Assembly (NCBI GenBank): GCA_010093815.1
Contig: ML996577.1
Length of the DNA stretch: 63,680 nt
DNA from: Pseudovirgaria hyperparasitica
Taxonomy: Eukaryota
Reading direction: 5' to 3' (one strand)
How positions within the stretch are numbered: the first letter of the stretch is position 1; the number at the start of each line of letters is the position of its first letter. The position numbers and the translations under genes were made by a program. Below, piece after piece: positions 47,215 to 61,923 of the stretch. The notes beneath the pieces were generated by a model. It was not told the origin of the DNA. It was given only the letters and a program-made list of their open reading frames with translations, and did not search any database.

Positions 47215-48459
47215 TCAAGATATTTCCACCACGTCCTCGCGTAATGCATCTTCTTTTCTTTTCGTTGCGACAAAGTAGGACTCTTTGGATTCCTTTGGCA
47301 TGTCAGCGATTTATCCCGATATCGCGTGTACTAGGCTTACAGCTCTCGAGCTCTCAGGCTTCTCTCTGTGCACTTTTTTGAATAGTCTTTTGAGGCGCTT
47401 CTCCAACTCTTTATCTTCTCCACCTTGGTAGAATTTACACACAAAGTGACCACCGGTTTTCAGGGTATCGAAAGCGAACGTTAAAGCGGCATTACATAAG
47501 TCCTGTGCTTTAATCAGTAGAGTGCTTACACCTACCAACGTACTTCCTACCATGCTTCCTACATGGTCCTTGAATGATACACCGCTCGTGTTCATCATCC
47601 TGTTGTAGGGGTTACTAATGCTGTTCTTGTTGAATCCATCGGTCTGATCCCAGGGTGCGGACATGTCACTCAACACGACATCGACAACTCTTCCGTGTCG
47701 AAGGTCCCTCTGAGAAAGCTTCGATTTTTTTGCTCCCTCCCTCAACGCATCTATGCCGGAGTCTTCAGACTCATCTGAACTGACTCGTCGTTCCAGGTCA
47801 ATGTAACCACTTTCCAGCGCATCGACCCCTTCTTCGCTCTGTACACTCGTGATCGTATGTTGTCGTGATCGTCCTCGTGACCAGTCCTGGATGTACGCAC
47901 GCACCTCGGCTTGTATTTCGGGGGAGAGAAAGTTGCCTTGTATCGTTGAGACGCCGCGAGGAGGTTGTGCAGGGATGATGTCTATACCGACAACTCGGCC
48001 ACCGGGTGAAGTTCGATTGATGGCCACTTGGGACCAAGAGCCTGGCGCATAGCCCTGTACGTGTCAAAAAATTGCACGACTTGAAAGTCAGTAGTCTATA
48101 CCAGGTCGACTACAGTGTCTCCAGCGTGGAAAAGCTTATATTTTTCATTCATCTGCAGCCGCTATCAGCGTCACGGTTGGGTACGAAGACTAAAAGAGTA
48201 CCTCAAGGAGCTTAAATGCAGCGCGACTTTTGAGACCTTTGACTTTAGCTTCTTTGGCGAAGGAGTCTTTCCCCTGGCGAGTCTTCCAACGCGTTGATGA
48301 AGACGAGGCGCAACGTCGCAATATACAGTGTTGCTGAAAGTGGCCTGTTTGTCCTGTATTGCCTATACGCGCGCGTGTGCGAAGGCATTGAGGCGAGTAC
48401 TTGAAGACATCAATTAAGAGGCTGTGCCTAAGCTCTTGGAAGAGCCATCCTGAAAGCAT
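47215..48459 (-). CDS. MRM2: Mitochondrial rRNA methyltransferase 2 (FtsJ/RrmJ family)
   Basis: KSRAAFKLL, VVDL|GYAPGSWSQVA, DVVLSDMSAP, CKFYQG and KPESSR..SKESY. Four introns. Confidence 0.9.
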
Positions 48460-48692
48460 CGAGGAGTGATCTTTGTCGAGAGGAGAACGTTTACTGTAAT
48501 ATCTTCATGACAAAAGTTCGATATGTGGCTACCACTTGTGGCGCAAGCTAAGGTAGCCCGTCATCCTTGCTACCTCCACATCTAGGGTCCTGGCCTTAAA
48601 AAAAAATCTAGTCAATTTCCCTCCTGATTGCAGCAGGATACATACCAACTTTGGTTCGTTTTGATTGGTGCTTTTACATCCAAAATTCAAGC

Positions 48693-50611
48693 ATGGGAAA
48701 AAGATCGCTTGGAGATGCGATCGAGCCAGCAGAAAGTCTCGTGCGAAAAAAAAGCAAGAAGAACAAGCATGGCGACATTCCGCCTGAGTCGGAGACTGCC
48801 ACAATCGTTACCGCTGCTCCATTCAAACTCGCGAAGACTAAGTCTACAACTGAAGCCAAGAGCAAGACAGTAAACAAAGAAAAGCAGTCAGGAACTTCAT
48901 TCGTGGACGACGAAGAGAGTCAGAAGAAGGCCAAGGCAGCACGGAAAGAAGCTAAAAGAGCCAAAAAGGCCGCTCTGGCGGCGCAAAACACTCCTCCATT
49001 GAAAAACGACTTGACCGAAAATGATACTGCCAATGAGGACGCAAAGGCCACTCGAAAGGCTGCGCGCAGAGCTGAGAAAGAGCAGGCCAAAACTGAGAAG
49101 CTGAACAAATCCTTGGGCACACCCAAAAGTTCTGGAGATGTCAACACTGCTGCATCAATCCCGTTGAAGTCCTCCACCAAGTCAGCCTTCAGATATGTTC
49201 AGAACTCAGAGTTAGCAGCTCTGTCCCAAGCAGCAATCGACAAGTACCTGGCTTCAAACGAAATTACCATTACGGATCCCCTTTCTCAATCATCTCTCCG
49301 GCCTATCACCCAATTCTCATATCTGCCAATTTCTGACAAGAGTCAGCTTGCGCCATTTGCTTCCTTCGATTCTCCAACACCTATACAAGCGGCGGCTTGG
49401 CCATGCCTCCTATCCGGACGCGATGTCATTGGTGTTGCTGAAACAGGGTCCGGGAAGACGTTTGCCTTCGGCGTTCCTTGCATACAAGCTATCTTGGCCA
49501 CTGTCAAAATGGGCCCAACAGTCAACGGCGTCCGAGCCCTGGTTGTTTCGCCTACACGAGAGCTAGCTTCCCAAATTCATGAGCAAATCACACAGATCGC
49601 AAAACCTGCTGGTCTCCATGTGGCTTGTATCTATGGTGGGGTGCCTAAAGAACCACAATATGAGGCTATGAAGAAAGCGAACATCGTCGTGGCAACTCCT
49701 GGGCGTTTGAACGACCTGATTAGCGAGGGCGTAGTAGACCTCGGTCAAGTCCAATATATGGTACTAGATGAAGCTGACCGCATGCTCGAGAAAGGATTCG
49801 AGGAGGAAATCAAGAAAATCATTGGCCAAACCTTACCTGTTGGGAGACAGACTCTTATGTTTACTGCAACATGGCCGCCGTCTGTCAGGGATCTGGCTAT
49901 GACTTTTATGAACAATCCCATCAAGATCTCCATCGGAGATAACCCCACTGGGGAGCTCCGCGCCAATACACGTATCATCCAGCAGGTCGAAGTAGTCGAA
50001 CCGTATGTAAAGAACACGCGCTTGATGGAGCTTCTCAAACAGCATCAGTCTGGCAGGAAGAAAGATGACCGGATTCTTGTGTTTTGTTTGTATAAGAAGG
50101 AGGCCACGCGTGTTGAAGGATTCATCAAGTCGAAGGGCTTCCGGGTGGCTGGTATACATGGGGATCTAAGCCAGGCACAGCGGACAGCTAGTCTAGACTC
50201 TTTTAAGAAAGGCAGCGTCCCGATATTGGTGGCGACTGATGTAGCTGCTAGAGGTCTCGATATACCCGCGGTCAAGGTGGTCATCAATGTGACGTTCCCC
50301 CTTACAGCAGAGGACTATGTGCACAGGATTGGCCGCACCGGAAGAGCAGGTCAGGATGGGCTCGCCGTTACGCTGTTCACTGAGCATGACAAGGGCTTGT
50401 CTGGAGCGTAAGTTGTGATTCACAAAGCACTGTAGAAACCCTGCTAACAAACACTAGGCTAATCAACGTACTCAAGGCGGCTAATCAACCAGTTCCAGAG
50501 GAGCTGCTCAAATTCGGCGGAACTGTCAAAAAGAAAGGGCATGAAGCTTATGGTGCTTTCTACAAGGATACGGGTGACATGAAAAAGGCCACTAAGATCA
50601 CTTTTGATTGA
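48693..50611 (+). CDS. DBP3: DEAD-box RNA helicase Dbp3
   Basis: Lys-rich N-terminus, [27 protein letters not shown] and C-terminal [16 protein letters not shown]. Intron 50409-50457. Confidence 0.93.
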
Positions 50612-50719
50612 GTCTGTTATACTTTGCTAGAAAGCATATCTAATATCAAATAAACTGTTTGGAATGAATGGTAAACATCTGGGATGGCTGCGTTGAGCAT
50701 TGATCATGGATTGACAGGC

Positions 50720-52447
50720 CTATACTGTACTGATCGTATTACTTATGACTTTGATACCACGTACGTTTCCTTGGACTCTGGTCTGAACATTCGATAACAA
50801 CGCATCAAATATGCGCGCTCGCCCATTGCTCTGGTCGTAGCAGTCAGTATTTGCGGACAAGCCAGCAGCATATTGGAACTCACATGGCGGCGAGATGTAC
50901 GACAGCCATTACACCGACTCTGACTAAAGTGCCAAGGAGTCCTTTCGTTGAGACATCCACCGAGGGTGCCATCAGAATCGCCGTCACAGCAATGGTACTG
51001 GTGATACTGGTAGCCGATGGGAGTGTTGAAGTAATAGTGAAGGCGATGTTTCGCCCTGAGAAGTAAGCCCGGACAAAGGATATGTTGAACACTATCCGCA
51101 AGGCCATATTCACGCAGTTAGCGTATACCAGTCCCTTTGCCCCATAAGCGAAGGTCACCACGAACAGATATGCTGACAGGCCATATGCTGCAAAGAAGAC
51201 GCCCATGGTGAGTGACTGGGCGTTCAGTTCAGCATTGGAAGCAACTGCCGCGACGAAAGCCTCGGATACACCATTAATAGCCATCAAAGGGATGTAGTAA
51301 CAATAATGGGCGAGAATCTCGCTGGCTCCGGTCGCTGACCATCTGTCTCCGGCGATGACTTGTAGGAGTAGAGGGGCCAACGTTGGGCCAACCGATATAA
51401 CAACGAGAGACATTACGTTGTATAGTTTCAAAATGGCACTGAGGATGTTTGAGGCCTTCTCGAGGTCTGATGTTGAAGACTCTTCTTTCTTGGCATTTGG
51501 GAAGCATAATCTGGCAAACAGAGTGCGGCTACTTTCCTCGATGGGTTGAAACAGCATGCGAGCAATTAAACCTCCATAATTCGATGCAAGGGCATAACCT
51601 CCCTGGTCTTGTAGCGATGCCATCGACGAGATCAGAATTGAGTCACCTTGGGTCAGAACATATCTGAAAGCAGACTGCAGATAAAGGCTGAAGCTCAACC
51701 TGATGAGTGGCAAGGGAAGGATGCCTAGGATTGCATTCTCAGACTCACTGTGTAAAAGTCAGGAAAACACATCAACCTAGGGTGGAAGGTAGGAGCTTAC
51801 CCTGGCGGCAAGCGTTTGGGAAGCAGATAATCTCCATGTCTGCTCTGAACCGGGTATAATTGAATGGTATATGCTGCAAGTAAAGACACAGCATAACTCA
51901 TTTGACCCACAGCAAAGGGTAGGGCGCCCAGGTAGATTCCAGATCTTCCTCCGTATATGACAATCCCACAAGTCATTGCGCACCTCATAACTGTAGCTAC
52001 GGTCTCCGCAGATGCACGAACCCTATATAGCAGTTGTTGCTGTGCGACAGCAAAGCCAGGCTCTGAACATAGTTCTACCATGGTAGCCAAACCATAGATC
52101 TCCAGTGATTCGCGGAAATATGGAACCGCAGCATCTGCGCTTTGGGGGTAGAAACGTAGTAGAATGAATGCCAATGGCCAGCCTATGAGGATGGCGAGGT
52201 AAGCTAGATTGACCACGGATTGCGTACCTCTGGTTTGCCTCTGCAACGCTACTCGAATGGATTCTCTTGCGAATACCAGAACGGTGATCGAAAAAAGTTC
52301 CAGCTGTGCAGAAACACCAAGCAGCTCCGGTGAGAGGAACCGTAGAAGTACCTGATTTGCAGCAAAAGTCAATAGGCGCGAACCAACCTGTAAAAGTATC
52401 AGGAAACTTGCGCCCTGAGCCGAGACCGATAGCACCGAATCTGTCAT
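50720..52447 (-). CDS. RFT1: Lipid-linked oligosaccharide translocation protein Rft1
   Basis: GASFLILLQVGSRLLTF, ARESIRVALQR, QGGYALASNYGGLIARMLFQPIEESSR and NGVSEAF. The 3' end is approximate. Confidence 0.9.
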
Positions 52448-52820
52448 GATTATAGCATGGACAAATTTTCCATATAATAGGGCGATGTTGGACGAAATAG
52501 ATTTTGGTAAATGGTCCCAGGGTGCCGGTCAACAAGCCCGGGCGCTCGCGGCGGGCACTTCATACAATTTATTACCTAAGCCAGGAATAACACAGGAATG
52601 ATGACACACAACCGTCGATATATACCTTGACTCATCTTTCATAATAATAGCTACCGTGTGTGTATATATGTAAAAACCGGAGAGCACCTGTAATATTTCT
52701 TAAACACCACAATATACATCGCAATACTCACTACACATAGCGAACTACACTCAGACATTGTCACACTGTACACAGCACAGCACACAACACTCTGACCCCC
52801 AACTTGACAAGACCCTCAAG

Positions 52821-53460
52821 ATGAGTCTTGAGCGGAAGTACGTTGAGGTGAAGACACCAAGACTACTCATCAGGCCGCTTCAGCCCTACGATGCTCCCAG
52901 TATCTTCACCATGCGTAGTGATCCAGAAGTAGTGAAGTACACGTACGGGAACACATCAGTTAATCTATGTCTGACTGAGCGACTGATCTAAGAGCAGGTC
53001 ACATTCGCCCGACAAAGACGTTGAAACTACCATGAAAGCTATGCAGGAATGGCAAGAGGCCGGTCGTTACAATTTTGTTGTAGAGCTCCTAACCCAGGAC
53101 GACAAGGAATCCGGGATCAAAACAGATCATCCAGTGGCGAAGCGCAAGTTTGTTGGAGTCATAGGAATAGTACGTAGTCCAGAGATTGGATACTGCTTTT
53201 CACGGGAATTCTGGCGGAAAGGTTATGCAACTGAGGCTATGCAGGCTTTTCTCGGACTTGCTTGGGATCATCTCAGCCAGTCTGGAGGCTTTGGTTACGT
53301 AACTGCGCAAGTTGATACCGAGAACATTGGTAGTAATCGGCTGCTCGAGAAGGTAGGCTTCAAGAAACAAAAGACAACCGTTGCCGACTACGAAAGTCCA
53401 GTACTTGGTAGTGTTCGAGACAGTTTTCTTTGGCAACTTGATAAGCCGCTTTCTTCATAG
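52821..53460 (+). CDS. GNAT (RimJ/RimL-type) acetyltransferase
   Basis: TPRLLIRPL, EIGYCFSREFWRKGYATEA and N..S.RLLEKVGF. Intron about 52942-52997. Confidence 0.88.
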
Positions 53461-53613
53461 ATTCAAGGACGGAAACGTTGTTTCCACATGTGTAGGTCCA
53501 ATTCATGTTTAATGCGCGCGAGGGCGACGCAGCGAGCCGTCGTGAATAATACATTTCATAACACACGATGCGAAGCAAGATAAGGCCACATTTTTTCAAA
53601 GACTGACTCTGAA

Positions 53614-54270
53614 TTACTCTCTCGATAGAGCACCGACAGCAGCGGCCATATCAGGGATCTCGTCGGCGGACCTGGCTGGTCGACCCCATCGAATTATTCC
53701 CTCAGAGTCGACAGCCCAAGCTCCTGCAGTCTGCCATCGACTACCGGATTCGGTGGATCTGACATCGATTCCCTCTGTTTTCTTTAGGGTGCTAAGCGTG
53801 CTAAATGTAGTCGGGTTTAAAACATGCCATAATGAACTAATGCCAAGACCCCAGCGCGCATAAAGATCCCGAGTATCATCAATGATCAGTTTTAGGTTTG
53901 ATGCTTCTGCATCCCCCTGGGACTGGAGAATTGCCCTCAACCAATTATCCGTAGACGGCTGGTCGCTATGTGAGACGGCCACAAAGGTGTAGGATGGATG
54001 CGCACTCGCAGAAGTGCGCATGCTCAAGTAGGTCTTTTCTGCGACTGAGTGCAATTGTCAGGTTGTCAGGCACTGATACTCTAATATGGCTGCGTAGAGC
54101 TTACAAGGACAACCGCAATGTCTGAGGAACACTACAACGGTCGGCTTCCCATCCTCACATGGGATTTTCATCTTTGCAGTGGATGGTGCTGGCCTCCCGA
54201 TCTCAGGCGTATCGGACACAATGAGACGCTTGGGTGACAGCCAGGATTTTAACTCTTGAGTAAAAGTCAT
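53614..54270 (-). CDS. AhpC/TSA-like thioredoxin-fold protein
   Basis: VVVFLRHCGCP|.AEKT, D..R.LY..WGLG and RWQTAGAWAVD. One intron near 54107-54047. Confidence 0.8.
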
Positions 54271-54630
54271 GGGGCTGGATGTACGTAGATTGAGTATGTT
54301 AACTTTGACCTTCAGCGTCTCCTACCTGAGAATCAGGAATAGTGACTAGCTGATCAACAGATACAATATTACCCTAGTATTGCCAACCCGACAACCGCGG
54401 GAGCAGATCCATATCCTGAGTGGACCGTCGTCCTTGGCGGCCTTGCTTGTCCCTGGCCAGCAGGAAAATCTGCTCCCGGCTGGCAACACGCCAATATGGT
54501 CTGCCACCATCCACCAAGGCAGCCTTCGTACATCTTCTAGCAGACTTCTTGTTCTCAGCAACACCTCAAACATGATGCTTCAGTCGCTTTTTGGTCCTTT
54601 CTATGAGATAATAACTGCAATCTGGTAGCA

Positions 54631-55525
54631 ATGCCGATACATACTCTCCGTCTACCCGCCAGGCGAGCTGGCATGTTCCTCCATACGCAAGCACATTCGA
54701 CTCTCAAAAGGCAGAAACGAACACAGTTTTCACCCATTGAGAAGGATCCAGAGCAAAATATAACAAAAGGGCGATCATGGTATATCCCAGGCCCTGCATG
54801 GCTCTGGTTGGAGCCAGTCGTGCAACCGTTTCGCGCCTATGGTGCTGCGCAAAGAAGAAGACCACATTTGGTACAATGGCTGAGCACCATAACAATCTAC
54901 TTCTTGGGCGACTTGTCGGCACAGAGAGCCTTGCAAGAGTCCGTAGACGAAGTTGAGCAGGAGCCTTGGTATGATACTGGCCGCGCACTCCGGTCGCTGA
55001 CAATTGGCGCAATCTCATCGATTCCATCATACAGATGGTTCATCTGGTTGGGAGAATCATTCAACTATTCCTCAAAATTCTTGTCTCTTGCAACGAAAGT
55101 CGCAGTGAATCAGGTCATCTTCACGCCCGTATTCAATACCTACTTCTTCGGTATGCAAAGCTTGCTCAGCGGCGCAACATTAGCTGAGGCTGGCGGAAGG
55201 ATCAAGAATACAGTGCCAACGAGTTGGTGGAATAGTTGTAAATTGTGGCCGGCAGTGACGGCTTTCAGCTTCACTTTCATTCCTTTGGAATATCGTAGTG
55301 TCTTTGCTGGTGAGTCATAGCCACAGGCTTGCAGCTCGTTTCTTAACTCGCTCGTGAAACAATGAACATTAGCAACATTACGCCCAAACAGACGAGCACT
55401 GAGTTCAAAGATACTGACTACGTTTATCAGGAGTGATAGCTATTGGGTGGCAGACCTATCTTTCCATGCTGAACCAAAAAGCAGCTAAAGCTGAACGTGA
55501 CGCAATAGAGTGTGCCGTTGTGTAG
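54631..55525 (+). CDS. Mpv17/PMP22 (Sym1-like) membrane protein
   Basis: LGDLSAQ, KVAVNQVIFTP, WPAVTAFSF and IAIGWQTYLS. Intron 55310-55430. Start is uncertain. Confidence 0.85.
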
Positions 55526-55821
55526 CCATTTAATCAAGAACCTAAGCAGTGTTTTGGGTGACTAAAGTTGGGATTTGGCGTTGTCATAATGTACCATACT
55601 ACGGTGCGAATCACTACAAATAGCTCTTGGAGCGAAAATCGAGCACTAGATGAAGTATGACTTGTCGTCCATTCATCGGGTAGTCAACTGATTAATATAC
55701 AATGCAAAAGGCACGGATTCGTGCACTAGCCCCCGTAACCGTCATAACCAGTGGGCATATCAACCAAAACGCCTAGTGAACCCCTTCATCCTCCGAAGAC
55801 ACGAAATAAGAAAGACGGCGC

Positions 55822-56385
<564 letters not shown>

Positions 56386-56931
56386 TGCGAGGGATTTCCG
56401 ATGAGTTGAAGATGGAGATGTGTTGATGATGATGAAGTGGAGCGGTTGGTTGGTGGATGGAAGAGGAATGGAGCGAGGCGGGCGGTGACAAGTACTTATG
56501 GGAGGAAGCGCGGGGCGACGGCTGCCTGGAAAATCGAGATCAGGGATCAGGCGCGTTGCGTGGGTCGGTGTCGTTGGTGCGGGATGACTGTTTTAGCGCG
56601 TTGTTCATTCACGAAAATAAACCCCAAAAAGGTGCTGGAATCCAGCCGCTCTTTCTGACTATTTACCGGGGCTGCTGATTGGCCGATGTAGCAAGTTTGA
56701 TAAGCGAGACGGTCGGAGCAAAGCACTAAGCCCGATGCAACGCCTTAGCGTGAGTCCCAATGTTGATGGTCGCGCCACTACGGTGTCTCATAAGATATCC
56801 TCTCCTTCGCCTCAACTAATCCCGTTATCCTCACATCATCCAAGTCATCCATTCTCAGACCAGCCAGACGTCTTCAGCTCGTCATCTCCCTACCACTAAA
56901 AACTTCCTTCTACAAATAACTCTCAATCAAA

Positions 56932-57390
<459 letters not shown>

Positions 57391-58120
57391 GCGTTCTTCT
57401 TTTGCATGCATCATGACTTTTCTCTTTGGCCTCGCGACGTCACGATCGCGCTCTTGGTAGGCCTGTTGGTTCCGGGAATGGGGTTTGCTGTATCATACTG
57501 GCATCTGGAGTTTTGTGGACAATGGGGTTTGTTGAATGATACCGGGCTAGCTGAATAATCATATTATCCGTCTATACCGTTATACTGGTCGTGTTCCCTG
57601 GTCGTGCAGTGTTTGTTCGTCTATTCCATATGATTGCACTCTTGGTCAGCTACACGTTCGAAGTCTGGTATGGTTTGTTTCTTAAGGGCATATTTCAAGT
57701 GACACCTACCTCTCCTGCGACGACCTGGTAGCTCATGTAGGTACTCGTCAAAGTTGACTGGTGTCCGAACGTGACTGCATGATGTCCTACAATAACAGCA
57801 ATCACTACCAGTCTTTACCAGCAATCACTACCATTCTTTACCAACTCATGGACAGAGGACTCTGCTTTTGCGTATCTCTGATGCCTTACTTTCTGTTAAA
57901 CACATACCTAGTGTATGCACATGCTCTATCGTTCGTTCAGCAATCCAAACCCGATCATCATTTTTCTACCATGGCTTTACTACCGACAAGGATACCACGA
58001 GGCCACAATATTGACTGTTTGAAGTAGTGTTTCTATTTTTAAAAGAAATGCTCATGGGCTGATTTTCGAAGGTCCCCTGTGCCTCTACCTTCGCTTTCAT
58101 CAACCCAACCTATCTCACTT

Positions 58121-58951
58121 ATGGTTCTCACGCACGCCCCACGCGCTTTGTTGTTTGACATTTTCGGAACCTGCGTTAATTGGAGAAACACTGTCACTAG
58201 AGTACTCAACGATACAGTTCGCTTGCGCTTGAGTGATGCGACAGCGTCCTTGGCTACTTCAGTTCGCATCAGAGCTTCTGACATGACGATCGAACGCTGG
58301 GGTGACTTTGCTCAAGAATGGCACAACGCATACTATCATTTCACTCAATCAGTTGCTGCGAAGCCCACCGCCACCTGGAAATCTGTCGATGAACACCACC
58401 ATGAGTCTTTGAGGGGTTTATTGGAGAAGTGGCAGTTGGTTGGCCTCTACGACGACGAACAGATCCGCGCCTTAAGTCTTGTCTGGCATAGCCTAGACGC
58501 ATGGGCAGATTCATCGGCAGGTGTCACAGAGTTAAACAAGTATTTCTGGACGGTAACGCTATCGAATGGCAACACCAGTCTCCTTAGTGATCTCAAAACC
58601 CACGCGCAGATACCTTTTACACATGTATTCTCCGCCGAAGATTTTGGTGCGTACAAACCTAATCAAGGAATATATCTGGGGGCAGTACACAAGCTTGGCC
58701 TGCAGCCCAAGGACTGTGCTATGGTCGCTGCGCACTTGGCTGATCTCAAGGCTGCCAAGTCGTGTGGTCTGCAGACTATCTATGTTGAACGTCCTCATGA
58801 GGAAGCATGGACTGACGACCAGATTGAGGCAGCCAAGAAAGATGGATTTGTAGACCTCTGGGTGGCCAGTGACGAGGAAGGTTTTATTGCTGTCGCTGAA
58901 CGGCTCGGTATTGAGGTGGATAGAACACGAAAGAGGAGTCGGTCAACCTGA
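58121..58951 (+). CDS. Haloacid dehalogenase type II (HAD superfamily)
   Basis: LLFDIFGT, LSNGN, YKP and MVAAHLADL. Confidence 0.9.
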   Translation: MVLTHAPRALLFDIFGTCVNWRNTVTRVLNDTVRLRLSDATASLATSVRIRASDMTIERWGDFAQEWHNAYYHFTQSVAAKPTATWKSVDEHHHESLRGLLEKWQLVGLYDDEQIRALSLVWHSLDAWADSSAGVTELNKYFWTVTLSNGNTSLLSDLKTHAQIPFTHVFSAEDFGAYKPNQGIYLGAVHKLGLQPKDCAMVAAHLADLKAAKSCGLQTIYVERPHEEAWTDDQIEAAKKDGFVDLWVASDEEGFIAVAERLGIEVDRTRKRSRST

Positions 58952-59285
58952 GGAACTTCGCCCCCTGGTACGAGGTTAGATGAGACTATTCAGGGTTCAT
59001 AACTCCTAGCCCAACTGAGAAAGCTATTGACAGCACGCCGTTTGGCCGAGAGCGGGGGTGGAGCGGTTTAGAGCTCTATCTTAGCCGGACGTAATAAGGT
59101 ACTTGACCTGCTGTTTTTTGCATTGTAGTGATCGCAGCTCTATATAGCTCGAACTCAAATTCTTAGATTTACCTTAAGGGTCTCTATCCTACCTAGACCG
59201 AGTTGTATGACGTAGGTAGCCTACGCCACCAGCAGTGTCCCTCCTTCGCAAGGACGACTCAATCTCAAGCTCGCGACTGGTCGAT

Positions 59286-61570
59286 ATGGCTCCCAATCAT
59301 GTACAGGATGATATACATGCCGAGTCGCTTCGCGACCCGGAAACCTTTTGGATGAATCAAGCCTCCCATCTCGTCTGGGCACGTCAGCCTATTTGCGCAC
59401 TTGAGCGCTCGACTAAGAAGCTCCAAGACGTCTCACATGATCATTGGGCTTGGTTTCCAGGCGGTGAGATCAATACTACGTATAATTGTGTTGATAGGCA
59501 TGTGGAGGCGGGTAACGGAAATAATGCTGCAATATGTTATGACTCGCCAGTGACCAAGAAGAAGGAGCGGTTCACGTACAACCAGGTGCTGGTTGAAGTT
59601 GAACACCTGGCTGGAGTGTTGAGAGAGGAGGGCGTTCGAAGGGGAGACGTTGTCTTAATATATAGTAAGTTGTCTCCCCTCCTTAATAAACACTAGGTAT
59701 AAAAGTGCTGTTGCTGATATGCGCTGAAAAGTGCCAATGATACCTGCTGCTATATTCGGCATGCTTGCCAGTGCACGACTGGGTGCTATTCATGCCGTCG
59801 TATTTGGTGGATTTGCGCCGCAGGCTCTCGCTCAGCGCGTAGAAGCTTCCAGGCCGAAAGTTATTCTTACGGCATCATGTGGCATCGAAGGTCTGAAAGA
59901 ACCAACCAGCTACCGCCCTTTGGTTCGGAGGGCCATTGAGATTAGTAAATATAAACCAGAAAAGGTTCTGATATGGCAGAGGGAGGAGTTGCGCTGGGAT
60001 GATGTAGACAGAAGGCAGGGCGAGAGCCAATGGGCTCGTTTAGTCAAAAGTGCGAGAAATAGAGGCCTGAAAGCAGCATGTGTGCCGGTGAAAAGCGAGG
60101 AAGCGCTCTATATAATATACACCTCGGGTGAGTCCAGGATTATTGTTGCACCATCAACTACCACTCGCAACAGCTAATCAGATAATGCACAGGGACCACG
60201 GGACTTCCTAAGGGTGTCGTTCGTAATTCGGGAGGCCACGCAGTCAATCTACACTTTTCGATGAAGTATCTGTTTGGGATTCACGGGCCTGGTGACACTA
60301 TGTTCTGTGCTTCGGACATTGGCTGGGTTGTCGGCCACAGCTACATCGTATATGCGCCTCTACTTGTAGGCGCGACGACGTTGTTGTTCGAGGGCAAGCC
60401 CGTGGGCACTCCCGATGCTGGCACATTCTGGCGAATACTTGAGGAGTATCAAGTCAATTCGATGTTCACTGCACCAACCGCTTTAAGGGCTATTCGAAAT
60501 ACCGATAACAACAACGAGTTCTTCAAGGCAAGGGGCAATAGAGAGGGTCTCCGAAACCTACGAGCACTGTTCCTCGCTGGTGAACGAAGCGAACCTTCCA
60601 TAGTGACGATGTATCAAAATCTCCTGGTTAAGTACTGCGCACCGAATGCCGTGGTCATTGACAACTGGTGGAGTTCTGAGTCGGGCTCACCCATTACTGG
60701 CCTGGCGCTATCTCCAATGACCGGAAAGGATTTTCAGAACAACGAGAGGAGTTTACCTATCAGTATGAAGCCCGGTAGTGCTGGGAAACCATGTCCAGGG
60801 TTTGATGTTCAGATCGTCGACGATGACGGCGAGGTCGTTCCTAGAGGCACCATGGGCAATATTGTCCTGGGCGTTCCTCTTGCACCGAGTGCATTCACCA
60901 CTCTATGGGAGGATGAACAGAGGTTCTATAGTAGCTACTTGAAGCGCTTCGCAGGCAAATGGGTGGATACTGGCGATGCGGGTATGTTGGACCAGGACGG
61001 TTTCGTGCACGTTATGTCAAGATCCGATGATATTATCAATGTTGCAGCACATCGCTTTAGCACAGGTAGGTCCTTGACCCGTTTCATCGGATCGGTCATG
61101 ACGAGCTGATGGTCTACACAGGATCCATAGAACAGGCGGTATCTTCGCACCCAAGCATCGCCGAGTGCTGTGTCGTTGGCATCCCAGATGCTCTGAAGGG
61201 ACAATTGCCATTCGCATTCGTTATCCTATCAGGGTCAGATAACTCAGACTCACCTCTACCTTCCGAGGCCCTATTACGTGAGGTGCAGAATTTGGTACGA
61301 GACCAGATTGGCGGTATCGCGTCTCTTGGCGGGATGCTACAGGGTAAGGGAATGATCCCTAAAACAAGATCAGGTAAGACGTTACGAAGGGTACTTAGGG
61401 AACTCATTGAAAACGGTGTTCATGGTGATTTCGATAAGGAGGTTGGGGTACCGAGTACAATCGAAGACTATGATGTGGTAATTGTTGCTAGACAAAGAGT
61501 TAAGATGTATTTCCAAGCAGCTGGTAAGGATTTGCATAAGGCCATAGAGCCTAAATGTAGTAAGCTTTAG
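59286..61570 (+). CDS. Acetate/propionate-CoA ligase (propionyl-CoA synthetase/ACSS3-like)
   Basis: YNCVDRHV, YTSGTTGLPKG, SDIGWVVGHSY, DNWWSSESG and PKTRSGKTLRR. Three introns. Confidence 0.92.
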
Positions 61571-61923
61571 TTATTTCTACTCTCCCTTATGGAGAGATAA
61601 TTTATCTCTACTTTATTCTTATAGAATTTTCTTAAATAGGTAATGTCATCTATCTATAAATTGGGTTCTCTAATTATAGTTTTTAATAAGTATAGTGAAG
61701 TTAATATAGATACTCAGAGTTATGCATAAATCACGTGGTTCGATAGTTGGGTAATCCATTCATTAGTGGGATGTGTGTATACCATTTCAGCTCTCTATAG
61801 ACTTCCAAAACCCACAACCTCCAAACACATCGCCCTCACCCATTCACTCGCAGAGCATTAACTCGTTTACCGCGGAAGAGTGATTTCTGGTTTCCTCACG
61901 CACAAACTTTATCGTTCAATCCT

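Noticed and set aside
46503..47273. 256-aa antisense ORF over the coiled-coil gene
   Set aside because: Shadow ORF with no independent coding signal.
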